DNA of 63,227 bases, filler included, from an uncultured Methanosarcinales archaeon (GCA_964472345.1; 14 parts of 14 records of this genome joined end to end with filler, not necessarily neighbours in it), one strand, 5' to 3'. Shown: positions 1 through 8,559, numbered from the whole stretch's first letter. Translations and numbers: made by a program. Notes: a model not told the origin generated them from the letters alone.

Positions 1-63
1 TTTTGGCGGAGGATGAAAAATGAAGCTGAAACGAAATAATATTAGGACACGACAGAAACGAGG

Positions 64-245
64 GCTTTGCGCTGCCGCCGACAGCCCCCTGAGCTGGGGC
101 TCCGGTGAAAGTCCCGCTCGCTACGGCCCAGACGCCCGCACTCCGCGCCCGAATGGGCCTAGCGCAAGGGCGTGCTCTCCGAGTAACGCGTGCACTCGCT
201 GGCGGTAAACCGCGACTTTCACCAGAGCCCTGAGCTGGGCAAAGC
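64..245. ncRNA. Candidate structured non-coding RNA or palindromic element, family unknown
   Basis: Closing stem GCTTTGC 64-70 / GCAAAGC 239-245; 17-bp stem 97-113 / 214-230 with one mismatch; inner stems 119-130/154-164 and 202-213; CCCTGAGCTGGG occurs twice. No credible ORF. Confidence 0.4.
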
Positions 246-291
246 TTATGAATAATGGAAGAATCCTCCTGAAAAAATGAGGTGAGAAGCC

Positions 292-471
292 ATGGTATTG
301 CTGTTCGGTGCTGATATTCCGGTGATTGAGCTGCTGTTCGCGGCGACCATCATCACGCTGATCCTGATGGTCGAGGCGACGGTGATCCTTGTGCTGCTGC
401 TGTACCAGCTCAGGCACACGCGCGAGCTGCTCGCGATGCTCGGCGCTCCCGACAGGCGGAAGAAGAAGTGA
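292..471 (+). CDS. Small 59-aa membrane protein (below the ORF track cutoff)
   Basis: GAGGTGA RBS upstream of ATG292; translates to MVLLFGADIPVIELLFAATIITLILMVEATVILVLLLYQLRHTRELLAMLGAPDRRKKK; hydrophobic core with basic tail; 3' end recurs at 5105-5161. Confidence 0.8.
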   Translation: MVLLFGADIPVIELLFAATIITLILMVEATVILVLLLYQLRHTRELLAMLGAPDRRKKK

Positions 472-798
472 GGCGGCTGGAGAAGCCGCTGAGGGGGTTC
501 TCCAATGGGCAGAAAGCGCTCTCTGACTGCGGAGCTTCGGAAGTTCAAGCTGCGGCTGTCCCGGCAGCTCCCTGTCGAAAGGATGATCCTCTTCGGCAGC
601 CGTGCTGCGGGAAGGGCGCATGTGTTCAGCGATGTTGACCTGATTATTGTTTCTCCCGCGTTCCGTGGAGCAAAAACGTACGAGCGCCCGCTGGGGTTCT
701 TCCGCTTCTGGGAGCTTGACGAGCCTGTCGATTTCCTGTGCTACACGCCGGAGGAGTTCCGGAAGCTGTCGAAGATGGCGACGATCGCGCGGGAGGCG

Positions 799-1531
799 GT
801 GAACTGCTGCGGGCTTCGCTTCGCTCAGCCCGCAGCGTCACGGGTGGGGAGGCTCACCCCGCGTAGCTGAACAGCGTGCGCTGCTGCTTCTGCTCCCGCT
901 CAACCCAGTGCTTGCGCTGCCCTTCCTTGACATAGCGCTTCACCGTTTCTGCGGTAACGACGCCGACCGTGCGGTGGAAGTAGCCGGCGCTCCAGAATTT
1001 ACTCCCCCAAAGCTTGTCCTGAAAGAGAGTACGATGGCCCTTGCGCATCATCCGGCTTGAGTATGCTTTGAGCTGGCCAGCAAGAACAGGAATGCTCCAG
1101 TTCTTCCAGTTGGTGACGAACATATGCAGGTGGTCGGGACCGCACTCGATCGCAGCGATGTCCACCTTCATTTCTTTCGCACGCTGCACGATGTAGGCGA
1201 TGGTCAGCTCGCGGACGAGCTGATTCGCAAAGATGTCCCGCCGGTACGCCGGCGTGATCTGCAGGTGCAGGTTCGTCTCGCCGACGGTGTGCCCACTACT
1301 CCGAAGTTCGCTTTCCATGGTTGTTCTCCGATGGTTTTTTATAGAAGCAGAGCTTCCGCTACCGTTGTGCTTTGGTGCAGAGCGCGACCATCACGCGCTC
1401 TTTTTCTTTCTTTGACAAGCGAAGAATAAGAAGCTTTCCCTGCGGGAAAGCCGACGGGCGCGGCTATCGTGCGCAATTCATCTGCGGGTTTCGCTGCGGC
1501 TCAACCCGCAGGGTTCTTGCGCAGCCGCGCC
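799..1531 (-). mobile_element. IS200/IS605-family element, tnpA only, 733 bp
   Basis: Related subterminal hairpins CTGCGGG..CCCGCAG at about 807-835 and 1482-1511; on the minus strand it lies 3' of TTAG (1532-1535) and ends in TCAC (799-802); no target duplication; removal restores the host frame. Confidence 0.9.
854..1318 (-). CDS. tnpA: Y1 HUH transposase TnpA
   Basis: NLHLQITPAYRR N-terminus, HUH motif PDHLH, LWGSKFWSAGYF, catalytic Tyr in VKRYV. Confidence 0.95.
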   Translation of the reverse strand: MESELRSSGHTVGETNLHLQITPAYRRDIFANQLVRELTIAYIVQRAKEMKVDIAAIECGPDHLHMFVTNWKNWSIPVLAGQLKAYSSRMMRKGHRTLFQDKLWGSKFWSAGYFHRTVGVVTAETVKRYVKEGQRKHWVEREQKQQRTLFSYAG

Positions 1532-1634
1532 CTAAAGAAAGGGGTGGAGATTTGAGGCTTCCCGATCAATGCGTTACGCCCTGCACGCTCACCTCCACGG
1601 GGATCGGGCAGGCGGCGTGATGATTTGGGGGTGA

Positions 1635-1681
1635 GCAAAAACAACCGTTTTGGGGGGCTGGCCACAGAAATGTTTAAATAG
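1635..1681 (+). promoter_or_regulatory. Archaeal BRE/TATA promoter of the membrane coiled-coil gene
   Basis: CAGAAATGTTTAAATAG about 40 nt upstream of ATG1720; the GAGCAAAAAC..GGGGCTGGCC.CAGAAATGTTTAAATAG block is conserved at about 6163-6210. Confidence 0.6.
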
Positions 1682-1719
1682 GTCAAACGAGTCTTTTTTG
1701 GTAAAAAGGTGCTGCTGAG

Positions 1720-3213
1720 ATGGTGAGGAAACTTTTGGGGTTGCTGGTTCTTTCTTTTTTGGTTCTTTCCATAGGTGTATCAGCACAAGATACACCAGAT
1801 AAAGGGGAGTTAGGCAGCAACCTCAAAGACAAGATCTATGAGGCACTGGGGTGGATGAGTGAAATAGACCTAGGAGCTGTAGGTCTTGAGGGTACAGAAG
1901 GAAAAGAGGCAACATTCTGGGCGAAGGTTATCATGTGGTTCATGGTATTCGCAATTTTTTACTATGTCGGGGCATCCATTGTCTTCAAGGAACAGCCGAA
2001 GAGGGCTAGCGTGATTGCCGCCCTCATCGCTTTTACAACCGTTTTGATCCCCAACAGCCTCTTTCGGTATCTTTTTCAGACGTACCAGGTGATTCTCGTC
2101 TTTCTGTTTTTCGGCACCCCCATTTTGCTGCTCGTTTTGCTCGCGCATACGTTCAAGCACACATTCGGTGAAGAGTACCCGCGTGCATACCACACCGCAA
2201 TGGCATTTCTTACCCTTTTGCTGATGTTCGCACTCAACAACCTCAACGAAGGACTAAAATTTTTGAACCTTGAAGGGCTTTTCCAGTTCACGGACTGGAT
2301 CGCGTTCGCGTACGCGTTCCTGAACATTTACCTGATTTACCATATCATCAAGATCTTCTTCAGCGTCGCGGCAAAAGAAGAGCATTTGGAGAAAATAGCG
2401 GAAGCGATGCCGACGTTTAAGAAACTTGGAAAAAAGATTCCCGCCCTCTGGTCGAAGAAGCGGAGGCTGGGCAGAAGCCTTGCAAAATTTGCTCAAAAGG
2501 CAGAAAAAAACATTCAGGAGGTCATCAGGGAGCTCAGGATAGTGTTGGATGCGGTTGTACGTGCACGCTCGGATCCGGAGCTTGTCCCCCAAATAGAGAA
2601 GAATGTTGAGAATGTCAAACCCGCTGTTTTAAGGGAGTGGAGCGCGCTGAAGGAATTTGAGAATGTTAAGGATGAGCTGAAGAAGTGGGATGAGGGAGAG
2701 CTTGCTGAACTGAAGGAAGCGANNNNNNNNNNGAAGAACATAGAGGAAAAAATAAAGGAAAAAGAAGCAGGCATCAAGAAGGGAAAACTCACTGGGGCTG
2801 CAAAGACTGCCTCTCTTGGCGCCCTGGAGGTTGATAGAAAGTTGGTTGATGTTCTCGATGAAAAGGTCCTTAAAGAAGCCGAAGCGGTATTCGCCCAACT
2901 CCAGACTATGGATAAGGTGTATAACGACGTTGATGTGGAGGCCCGGAAGCTCTGGAAAAGCCTTGAAAACGTTAGCGCGGCTCTCACCGCAAAAGCAAGA
3001 GACTATCTCAATGTGGCGTATCGGAATGGTCTCGCTGCGCTTGAAGCCGCAGAAAAAGTTAAGGACGGCCTTGCAAGCATTTCTGAATTTGTCACGAACA
3101 CGCAAGCGCTCGTACGGGGGAAGGAACGTATTGATGTACGACAGCTGAGGAAAGCAATAAAAGAAGCGATTAACGCAGAGAAAGCTGCTGCTCGTGTTGC
3201 TGGAACCCCGTAA
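1720..3213 (+). CDS. Unknown protein: signal peptide, about 5-6 TM helices, long Lys/Glu-rich coiled-coil C-terminus
   Basis: 497-aa ORF; homolog at 6252-7722. Contains a 10-N gap (2723-2732), so frame continuity across it is assumed. Confidence 0.8.
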   Translation: MVRKLLGLLVLSFLVLSIGVSAQDTPDKGELGSNLKDKIYEALGWMSEIDLGAVGLEGTEGKEATFWAKVIMWFMVFAIFYYVGASIVFKEQPKRASVIAALIAFTTVLIPNSLFRYLFQTYQVILVFLFFGTPILLLVLLAHTFKHTFGEEYPRAYHTAMAFLTLLLMFALNNLNEGLKFLNLEGLFQFTDWIAFAYAFLNIYLIYHIIKIFFSVAAKEEHLEKIAEAMPTFKKLGKKIPALWSKKRRLGRSLAKFAQKAEKNIQEVIRELRIVLDAVVRARSDPELVPQIEKNVENVKPAVLREWSALKEFENVKDELKKWDEGELAELKEAXXXXKNIEEKIKEKEAGIKKGKLTGAAKTASLGALEVDRKLVDVLDEKVLKEAEAVFAQLQTMDKVYNDVDVEARKLWKSLENVSAALTAKARDYLNVAYRNGLAALEAAEKVKDGLASISEFVTNTQALVRGKERIDVRQLRKAIKEAINAEKAAARVAGTP

Positions 3214-3224
3214 TTTACCTATAC

Positions 3225-4358
3225 CTAACCTGCTGTCTTCGGAATGATCGTTTCGATCCTATAAGTGTTGTATCGAATTGGTGGATGCCATTCCTCGAAT
3301 GTTTTATAGCCGTCAAGACGCGGCTTGTCCTGTCTTGCCCTGCAACCAACGACCAGATCCTCCAAAAGCGGGCGGCAATAATTGTTGGGGTTGTAGGTAA
3401 GTGCCTTTCTCGCGATGCGCTCCGCTTTCCCGTCATTTCCATGGGAAGCGTATTGGGATGCAAGCTCTGCAAGTATATATGGGGTGCGCGGGCATAAGCG
3501 TGCAGCCATGCGGATGCGCGTGAGCGCCTTATCACGACCCCAGAAGCGGCGGAAACCGGTTTCTTGTATTGTGAGTTTGTATTGCTGGACTGATGCTTTG
3601 AGAAGTTTCTGTGCTTTCTGCGTCCTCAAGTTCCAGGCGTAATCAGCTGCTGTAGCAACGGCATTCTTTATCGATTGGTACCATGATTGATTGAGAGTTG
3701 CCGCGGCGCGCTCTTGATTTCCTGATGCTCCTCCGGTGGCGCTTGGCCTTAGATTGCGCCCAACCCACTCAGCGAATCGGCTGAAGTAGCCGCCTTCATG
3801 TGATTCCCTATTTTCGCGGTCGCAAAGCAAGCCTGCCTCTACCCTTTCGCTTGCAGCGACCAGTCCTCTAAGTATCTCTTCGAGACGAACTTGGCCGGCT
3901 GCGACTCCTTTGATTTCGGAAAGCAGCCTAACACTGTATGCTACACCGCCGGCACCGGCTGCTTTGAGTGGTTTTTGAGCGCCGGCAACCTTTGATTTGG
4001 CAGTTCTAAAGGCATGTCCACCCCCGTCTTGGTTTGCTGTAATAACTTTAAGGGCTCCAGCTATATCATCAATCGAAGGCAATTCCTCGGGCTGATCTGG
4101 TGGTCCGGTTTCTACGGTTGGGACAGGCACTCCGCCTCCAGCATATTTTTCTTCATCAACAGAGATGGTCTCTGCATCAGCATCTGCACCGGCGGCAGCA
4201 ACCGGCGCCTCTCCAAGATCGACAGCCACAGGGATTCTTGCTCCGCTCTGTGGAGTGGGTGGGGAGGTTTTTGGTGGTTCCGCCGGCCTCGACTGGCTTT
4301 CAAAAACAGCTCCCGTTAAGCCTGTGGAATTCCGTGCAGGTGGTTGGTCTTGCGTCAT
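3225..4358 (-). CDS. Unknown protein with disordered Pro/Ala-rich N-terminus and C-terminal TPR-like repeats
   Basis: 377-aa ORF with TATA (TTTAAATAG on the minus strand, about 4381-4389); TPR-like ALTRIRMAARLCPRTPYILAELASQY..AERIARKALTYNPNN; homolog at 9315-10040. Confidence 0.7.
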   Translation of the reverse strand: MTQDQPPARNSTGLTGAVFESQSRPAEPPKTSPPTPQSGARIPVAVDLGEAPVAAAGADADAETISVDEEKYAGGGVPVPTVETGPPDQPEELPSIDDIAGALKVITANQDGGGHAFRTAKSKVAGAQKPLKAAGAGGVAYSVRLLSEIKGVAAGQVRLEEILRGLVAASERVEAGLLCDRENRESHEGGYFSRFAEWVGRNLRPSATGGASGNQERAAATLNQSWYQSIKNAVATAADYAWNLRTQKAQKLLKASVQQYKLTIQETGFRRFWGRDKALTRIRMAARLCPRTPYILAELASQYASHGNDGKAERIARKALTYNPNNYCRPLLEDLVVGCRARQDKPRLDGYKTFEEWHPPIRYNTYRIETIIPKTAG

Positions 4359-4455
4359 AACATTTGTTCTGGCATCGCCCCTATTTAAACCTTTCTATAA
4401 TAGCAACATTCAAGTAGTGACATATACCGCAAGCGCCTGCACGCTGATCGCGCCA

Positions 4456-4625
4456 CCGCGCGACGAGCCGCCGTTCGCGTGATTTCCCACGAGCGCGGCG
4501 GCCGGCAAGCGCGGGCGGTGCGGGTCAGTTACGAGGCCCGCACGCCGGCGCACGGCTGCCGGAACCCCCGAGGACCGGCAGCTGCCACCGCCTAACCGGA
4601 AATCCTGCACCTGACTGCAGGATTT
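4456..4625. other. GC-rich multi-hairpin intergenic element between divergent promoters
   Basis: Stems 4467-4473/4496-4502, 4518-4543, 4555-4582 and a perfect 10-bp inverted repeat AAATCCTGCA/TGCAGGATTT at 4600-4625. Confidence 0.4.
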
Positions 4626-4684
4626 TCGCTTTTTTTCTGCAGTTTAGTGCAAACTTTTATAAATGCCGGGCTTTCTCCCGTACC

Positions 4685-5004
4685 ATGGCAATCGCTGAAG
4701 TGCTGAAGGACCAGCGGCAGGAGCTCGAGCAGGGGCTGCGGGAGCTTTTCCTTGTGCCACGGGAAGCGGAAAAGCTGCTGCCTGCGACGTCGAAGCGCAT
4801 CCTTATCGTTAGTGGCGTGCGGCGGTGCGGCAAGTCCGTGTTGATCTCAAAGCTCCTACAGGGAAAGGAGTTTGGCTATGTCAACTTCGATGATGACCGG
4901 CTTGCGGCGGTTGAGCCCAACGACATTCTTTCCGGCCTTTATGAGGTCTATGGCCGGCAGTTGGAAACGATCTTCCTTGACGAGATCCAGAATCTTGAGC
5001 GGTG
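4685..5004 (+). CDS. AAA_14 (DUF4143-associated) ATPase, truncated at contig end
   Basis: Walker A GVRRCGKS, YVNFDDDRL, Walker B IFLDEIQN. Confidence 0.9.
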
Positions 5005-5104
5005 NNNNNNNNNNNNNNNNNNNNNNNNNNNNNNNNNNNNNNNNNNNNTTAATTAATTAANNNNNNNNNNNNNNNNNNNNNNNNNNNNNNNNNNNNNNNN
5101 NNNN
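5005..5104. other. Artificial contig linker, first of 13. Others: 10041-10140, 15072-15171, 19942-20041, 24761-24860, 29542-29641, 34225-34324, 38605-38704, 42774-42873, 46941-47040, 51083-51182, 55206-55305, 59254-59353
   Basis: Identical N44-TTAATTAATTAA-N44 spacer with stops in all six frames; genes are cut at each one; contig lengths decrease monotonically. Confidence 0.99.
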
Positions 5105-5161
5105 CACACGCGCGAGCTGCTCGCGATGCTCGGCGCTCCCGACAGGCGGAAGAAGAAGTAG
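5105..5161 (+). CDS. 3' end of a second copy of the small membrane protein at 292-471
   Basis: 5105-5159 is identical to 415-469 (55 bp); stop is TAG rather than TGA. Confidence 0.8.
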   Translation, partial: HTRELLAMLGAPDRRKKK

Positions 5162-5317
5162 GGAGCGGGAATCACTGGAAGTGTGCTGGCAGGCATGATG
5201 TCCGATCTCGGTCAGGGTTATGCGGAGTCGTTGGCAGGAGAGGGTACGGCACTGCGTTAGAATGATCGAGTGCGGCACCGGCGCTCACCTGTTGTGCAAA
5301 CGGTAATGGGGCATCAA

Positions 5318-5355
5318 GAGCGCCCGCTGGGGTTCTTCCGCTTCTGGGAGCTTGA
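5318..5355 (+). pseudogene. 38-bp remnant of the MNT gene seen at 505
   Basis: GAGCGCCCGCTGGGGTTCTTCCGCTTCTGGGAGCTTGA is identical to 682-719. Confidence 0.75.
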
Positions 5356-5372
5356 TTGCGCCGCAGAAACGC

Positions 5373-5714
5373 TCATTCGAGCTCTGAGAGCAGGCGCTCG
5401 ACCTTCGGCTTTAGTTTTGGGATATCGTCCTTGATCGCTGCCCACACCAGCTTGTTGTCAATGCCAAAGTACGCATGAACGAGGCGGTCGCGCATTCCTG
5501 CCATCGCCTGCCAAGGGATGTCGGGGTGCTTTTCCTGCAGCGACGATGGGATGTTCTTGGCGGCTTCGCCGATGACCTCAAACTTCCGGATGACAGCGCT
5601 TGCAGTCTTGTCGTCATTCGTGAGCTGCTCGGGGGACATACCCTTGACGAATGATTCTATCGCATCCATCGCCGAGAGGATGTCGCTCACAAAAAGGCGG
5701 AGATCCCGCTTCAT
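5373..5714 (-). CDS. HEPN/DUF86 (HepT-like) RNase toxin
   Basis: AVIRKFEVIGEAAK, PDIPW, RX4H motif GMRDRLVHAYFG. Confidence 0.93.
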   Translation of the reverse strand: MKRDLRLFVSDILSAMDAIESFVKGMSPEQLTNDDKTASAVIRKFEVIGEAAKNIPSSLQEKHPDIPWQAMAGMRDRLVHAYFGIDNKLVWAAIKDDIPKLKPKVERLLSELE

Positions 5715-6004
5715 GCCATGACCACCTCTTTGGTGATCTGCTCCTTGAGCTGCTTCCTGACCCCACCTTCGGAAACGAGATCCACCCTCACCTGCAACAG
5801 GTCTTCTAACTCCTGCGCGAGCGCAGCGTAATCGAAGAGCGTCGCGCCCTCCCGGAACCGCACAAAGATGTCAATGTCGCTCCGGCTGGTCTGCTCGCCG
5901 CGCGAAAATGAGCCGAAGATGCCGATGGCTTCCATGCGGTAGCGCCGCTGCAATCGCCGCTTGTGTCGCGCAAGAAGCTGCCGCACTTCGGTGAGCGTTT
6001 TCAT
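5711..6004 (-). CDS. MNT (MntA-like) nucleotidyltransferase antitoxin
   Basis: IFGSFSRGEQTSRSDIDI, VDLVSE; ATGA overlap with the HEPN gene; start taken at MKTL. Confidence 0.92.
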   Translation of the reverse strand: MKTLTEVRQLLARHKRRLQRRYRMEAIGIFGSFSRGEQTSRSDIDIFVRFREGATLFDYAALAQELEDLLQVRVDLVSEGGVRKQLKEQITKEVVMA

Positions 6005-6251
6005 TGCTCGAAGGAGGGAAGGCTGGCTTTTAAAGATTGTGCCAAGTGGAGGTATGGACTGCCTCGGGCCGCAGGATGGTGGAAGCAAACGCGGAGGAGC
6101 GCTTGCCGGCATCCTGTCCGGAACGGGAGCCGTCGGGGCGTGCGGGGCGGTGGCTTGAGGGGAGCAAAAACGACAGTTTTGAGGGGCTGGCCGCAGAAAT
6201 GTTTAAATAGCACGGCGAAGATAGTGGGAACATATTGAGGTGTTTGAAAGG

Positions 6252-7722
6252 ATGAAAAAGCGGGTTGCGGTTATCGCCGTTGTGGCATTGTTGCTGCTTC
6301 TGCTGCTTGGGGTCGTTGCGGCGCAGGGGCCCGGGGTTTTTAAGGCTTCGCAAGGGAGCGGAAGCGGTGATAAGCAGATCCACGAGACTATTTACGACAA
6401 GCTGAGCTGGATCGGGCAGATTGACCTCAGCAAGGTGGGTGTAGAAAATGAGTCGACCTTCTGGGCGAAGGTGATCATCTGGTTCGCGATTTTTTCCATC
6501 TTCTATTACGTCGGGAGCAAGTTCGTCTTTTCTGACAAGCCGAAGTTTGCGGGGATTATCGCCGCGCTCATCGCATTCATGACCGTGCTGATCCCCAAGG
6601 AGCTTTTCGGCTACGTGTTTCAGACGTACTCGGTGGTGCTGCTTGCGCTCCTCTTCGGCGGGCCGATCGTTTTCCTGATCCTTGTGGGCCATGCACGCAC
6701 AATGGGGGGAGAGCGCCCCGCGCCTCTACCATGGCATCATGGCCATCCTCTCCGGCCTGATGATTTTCATCCTCAACAATCTCAACAAGAGCCTTGAGTT
6801 TCTGGACATTGAGGCGCTTTTCCAGTTCAGCGACTGGATTATCTTTCTTCATAGCATTGTCTGGCTCATCTTCCTTTGGCACTTCGTGCTGATGTTCTTT
6901 TCGAGGTGGAGCGAGGAAAGAGAAGCAGGGACCATTGCCGGAGTGGAAGCCACGAAGAAAGGGCTTAAGAAGGGCCTGAAGTGGCTTACTGGTGATGAGG
7001 GTGTGGAGCGCCGTACAGCAAAAAGGATGAGAAAATTTGCAGAAAAAGGGGAAAAGTCAGCACAGGACGTTGCCGATGGTCTAAAGTATGTCCTAGGGAA
7101 GTTACAGCCCTATGCTTTTGATCCGAACAAAAAAATGCCTCAAGGGGTACGTAAAATCCTTGCAGGGAACATTCAGGATGTGCTGCCCCGCCTGAGAAAG
7201 GAAGAAGCGATCGTGCAAGAGCTTGATGATGTTAATAAGCAACTAACTACATGGAGTGAGGGAAGAGCGGCGACGCTCAACGCATATAAAGCGCAAGTAG
7301 CTGATTTACTCAGTAAAAAAAAGTTGGATCAGAATGATGCTGCCGAACTTGATAGATTATTGGATAAAGAGCTTGCCTTTGCTATTGGGAATCTGGAGGA
7401 GATTAAAAAGATTAAAGAGAGGGCTAAAGAATTTGCGGGGATTTATAATGAGGTTGAGGGATTCGTGTACGAAGGGGGAGAAAAACTGGAGCAGAATAAT
7501 GTAAAAGGAGCATACACATTGTTGTACGATGCGTGGAAGGCGCAGGGAGTATACCTGAAAAAGGTAAAAGAACTCAAAGAGGGTATCAAGCACATTCGTG
7601 AAATCATTTCCGGCGAACGAGCCGCAGATCGAAGGTTAACCAGAGCTATTGATGGTGCAACCAAAAAATGGGTAGGAAGTATAAAGAAAGATGTTGAGGA
7701 GATTAAGGTAATTGGATGGTGA
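6252..7722 (+). pseudogene. Homolog of 1720-3213 (signal, TM bundle, coiled coil), split by one frameshift near 6690
   Basis: ORF 6240-6797 matches the N-terminus (TFWAKVIIWF..FYYVG..IAALIAF.TVLIP) and ORF 6682-7722 continues the alignment (GESAPRLYH..LNNLN..LFQFSDWI). Confidence 0.8.
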
Positions 7723-7728
7723 TGCGAG

Positions 7729-8559
7729 ATGAGCTGGTGGCCATTTGGGAAGAAACAGGATCCATTAACGAAGCTGGAGGGGCTGAACGCATCGCTGGCA
7801 ACGGCGATGGGGCAGGTCAAAAGCAGCGTAACGACCGCGCTCAACTTTGAGCAGTCGCAGCGGAGGGTGGCGCGCGACCTGCAGCGGATGCTGAAAGAGG
7901 ACCGCACCTCATCAGAAAAGGTTCTCGAGCTCATCCGGAAGATGCGTGCGACGGTTGCGAGAGAGCCGTCGGGGGCAGCCGGCGCCGTGGCAAACGCCGT
8001 GAAAAAGAGCTGGCAGGGCATCATCGCAGGAATCAAGCGCGAGAGGGGCCTGGTGGATGAACTCACCAACACGTCGCGGCGCTTTCAGGAGTGGCACGGA
8101 GCAGTTGCCGCTGAGATGGGGAAAGCGGAGAATGCAATACAAAGTTTCAAGAACTATCTGAAGGCGAGCAGGGAGAGATTCGTTGAAGCGGGGCTCCGGT
8201 GGGACGCGAAAATCAACGATGAGGTAAAAAAAATTGAGAAACAATTTGATGCAATCAAGAAAGAAAAGGAGGACATTGCCGCAAATCAGGAAGAGGTTAA
8301 CCGGCTGCTTTCTGGGATCGAGAAGGTAAAAGAAAAAGAAACCGCCTCCGTAAATGCGATCAAGCTGGCGATGGGGTATCTGATGCGGAAGCAGAAGAGT
8401 GATTCCATCAAGAAGCTCGATGAAGCTGAAGGAATAGAGAAAGAGATCCTGGCAGTCTACCGGGACATGGCTGACGTCATCAAAAAAATCCGCGGCCTGG
8501 TGGATCTCGAGCGGTTTGCAGCGAGGCGATCGCTCAAAGAGGCTCAGAAGGCTTCGTAG
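7729..8559 (+). CDS. Soluble all-helical coiled-coil protein, probably related to the C-terminal domain of the upstream gene
   Basis: 276-aa ORF 6 nt after the upstream stop, GGTGA RBS; weak shared motifs QRRVARDL and IKKIRGLVDLERFAARR. Confidence 0.8.
   Translation: MSWWPFGKKQDPLTKLEGLNASLATAMGQVKSSVTTALNFEQSQRRVARDLQRMLKEDRTSSEKVLELIRKMRATVAREPSGAAGAVANAVKKSWQGIIAGIKRERGLVDELTNTSRRFQEWHGAVAAEMGKAENAIQSFKNYLKASRERFVEAGLRWDAKINDEVKKIEKQFDAIKKEKEDIAANQEEVNRLLSGIEKVKEKETASVNAIKLAMGYLMRKQKSDSIKKLDEAEGIEKEILAVYRDMADVIKKIRGLVDLERFAARRSLKEAQKAS

Larger units (their letters stand above)
505..1555 (+). pseudogene. Minimal nucleotidyltransferase (MNT) interrupted near its 3' end by an IS200/IS605 element; the current ORF 505-870 has an IS-derived tail
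   Basis: LFGSRAAG..SDVDLII motif; deleting 799-1531 restores ...AREA|LKKGVEI-stop (1532-1555), a typical archaeal MNT C-terminus. Confidence 0.85.

Noticed and set aside
97..116. RNase P or SRP RNA identity for the 64-245 element (GGTGAAAGTCC resembles GAGGAAAGTCC)
   Set aside because: The motif is fully paired in a simple stem, no ACAGAA..GGCTTA 3' consensus follows it, and SRP helix 8 (CAGG..GGAA..AGCA) is absent.
1319..1531. tnpB gene or omega RNA in the IS
   Set aside because: The element is only 733 bp with no RuvC ORF; this segment is the left end and tnpA promoter.
7729..8559. ESCRT-III/PspA assignment based on the MSWWPFGKK start
   Set aside because: No further family motifs recognised; generic coiled coil. 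Retained only as a fold to test.
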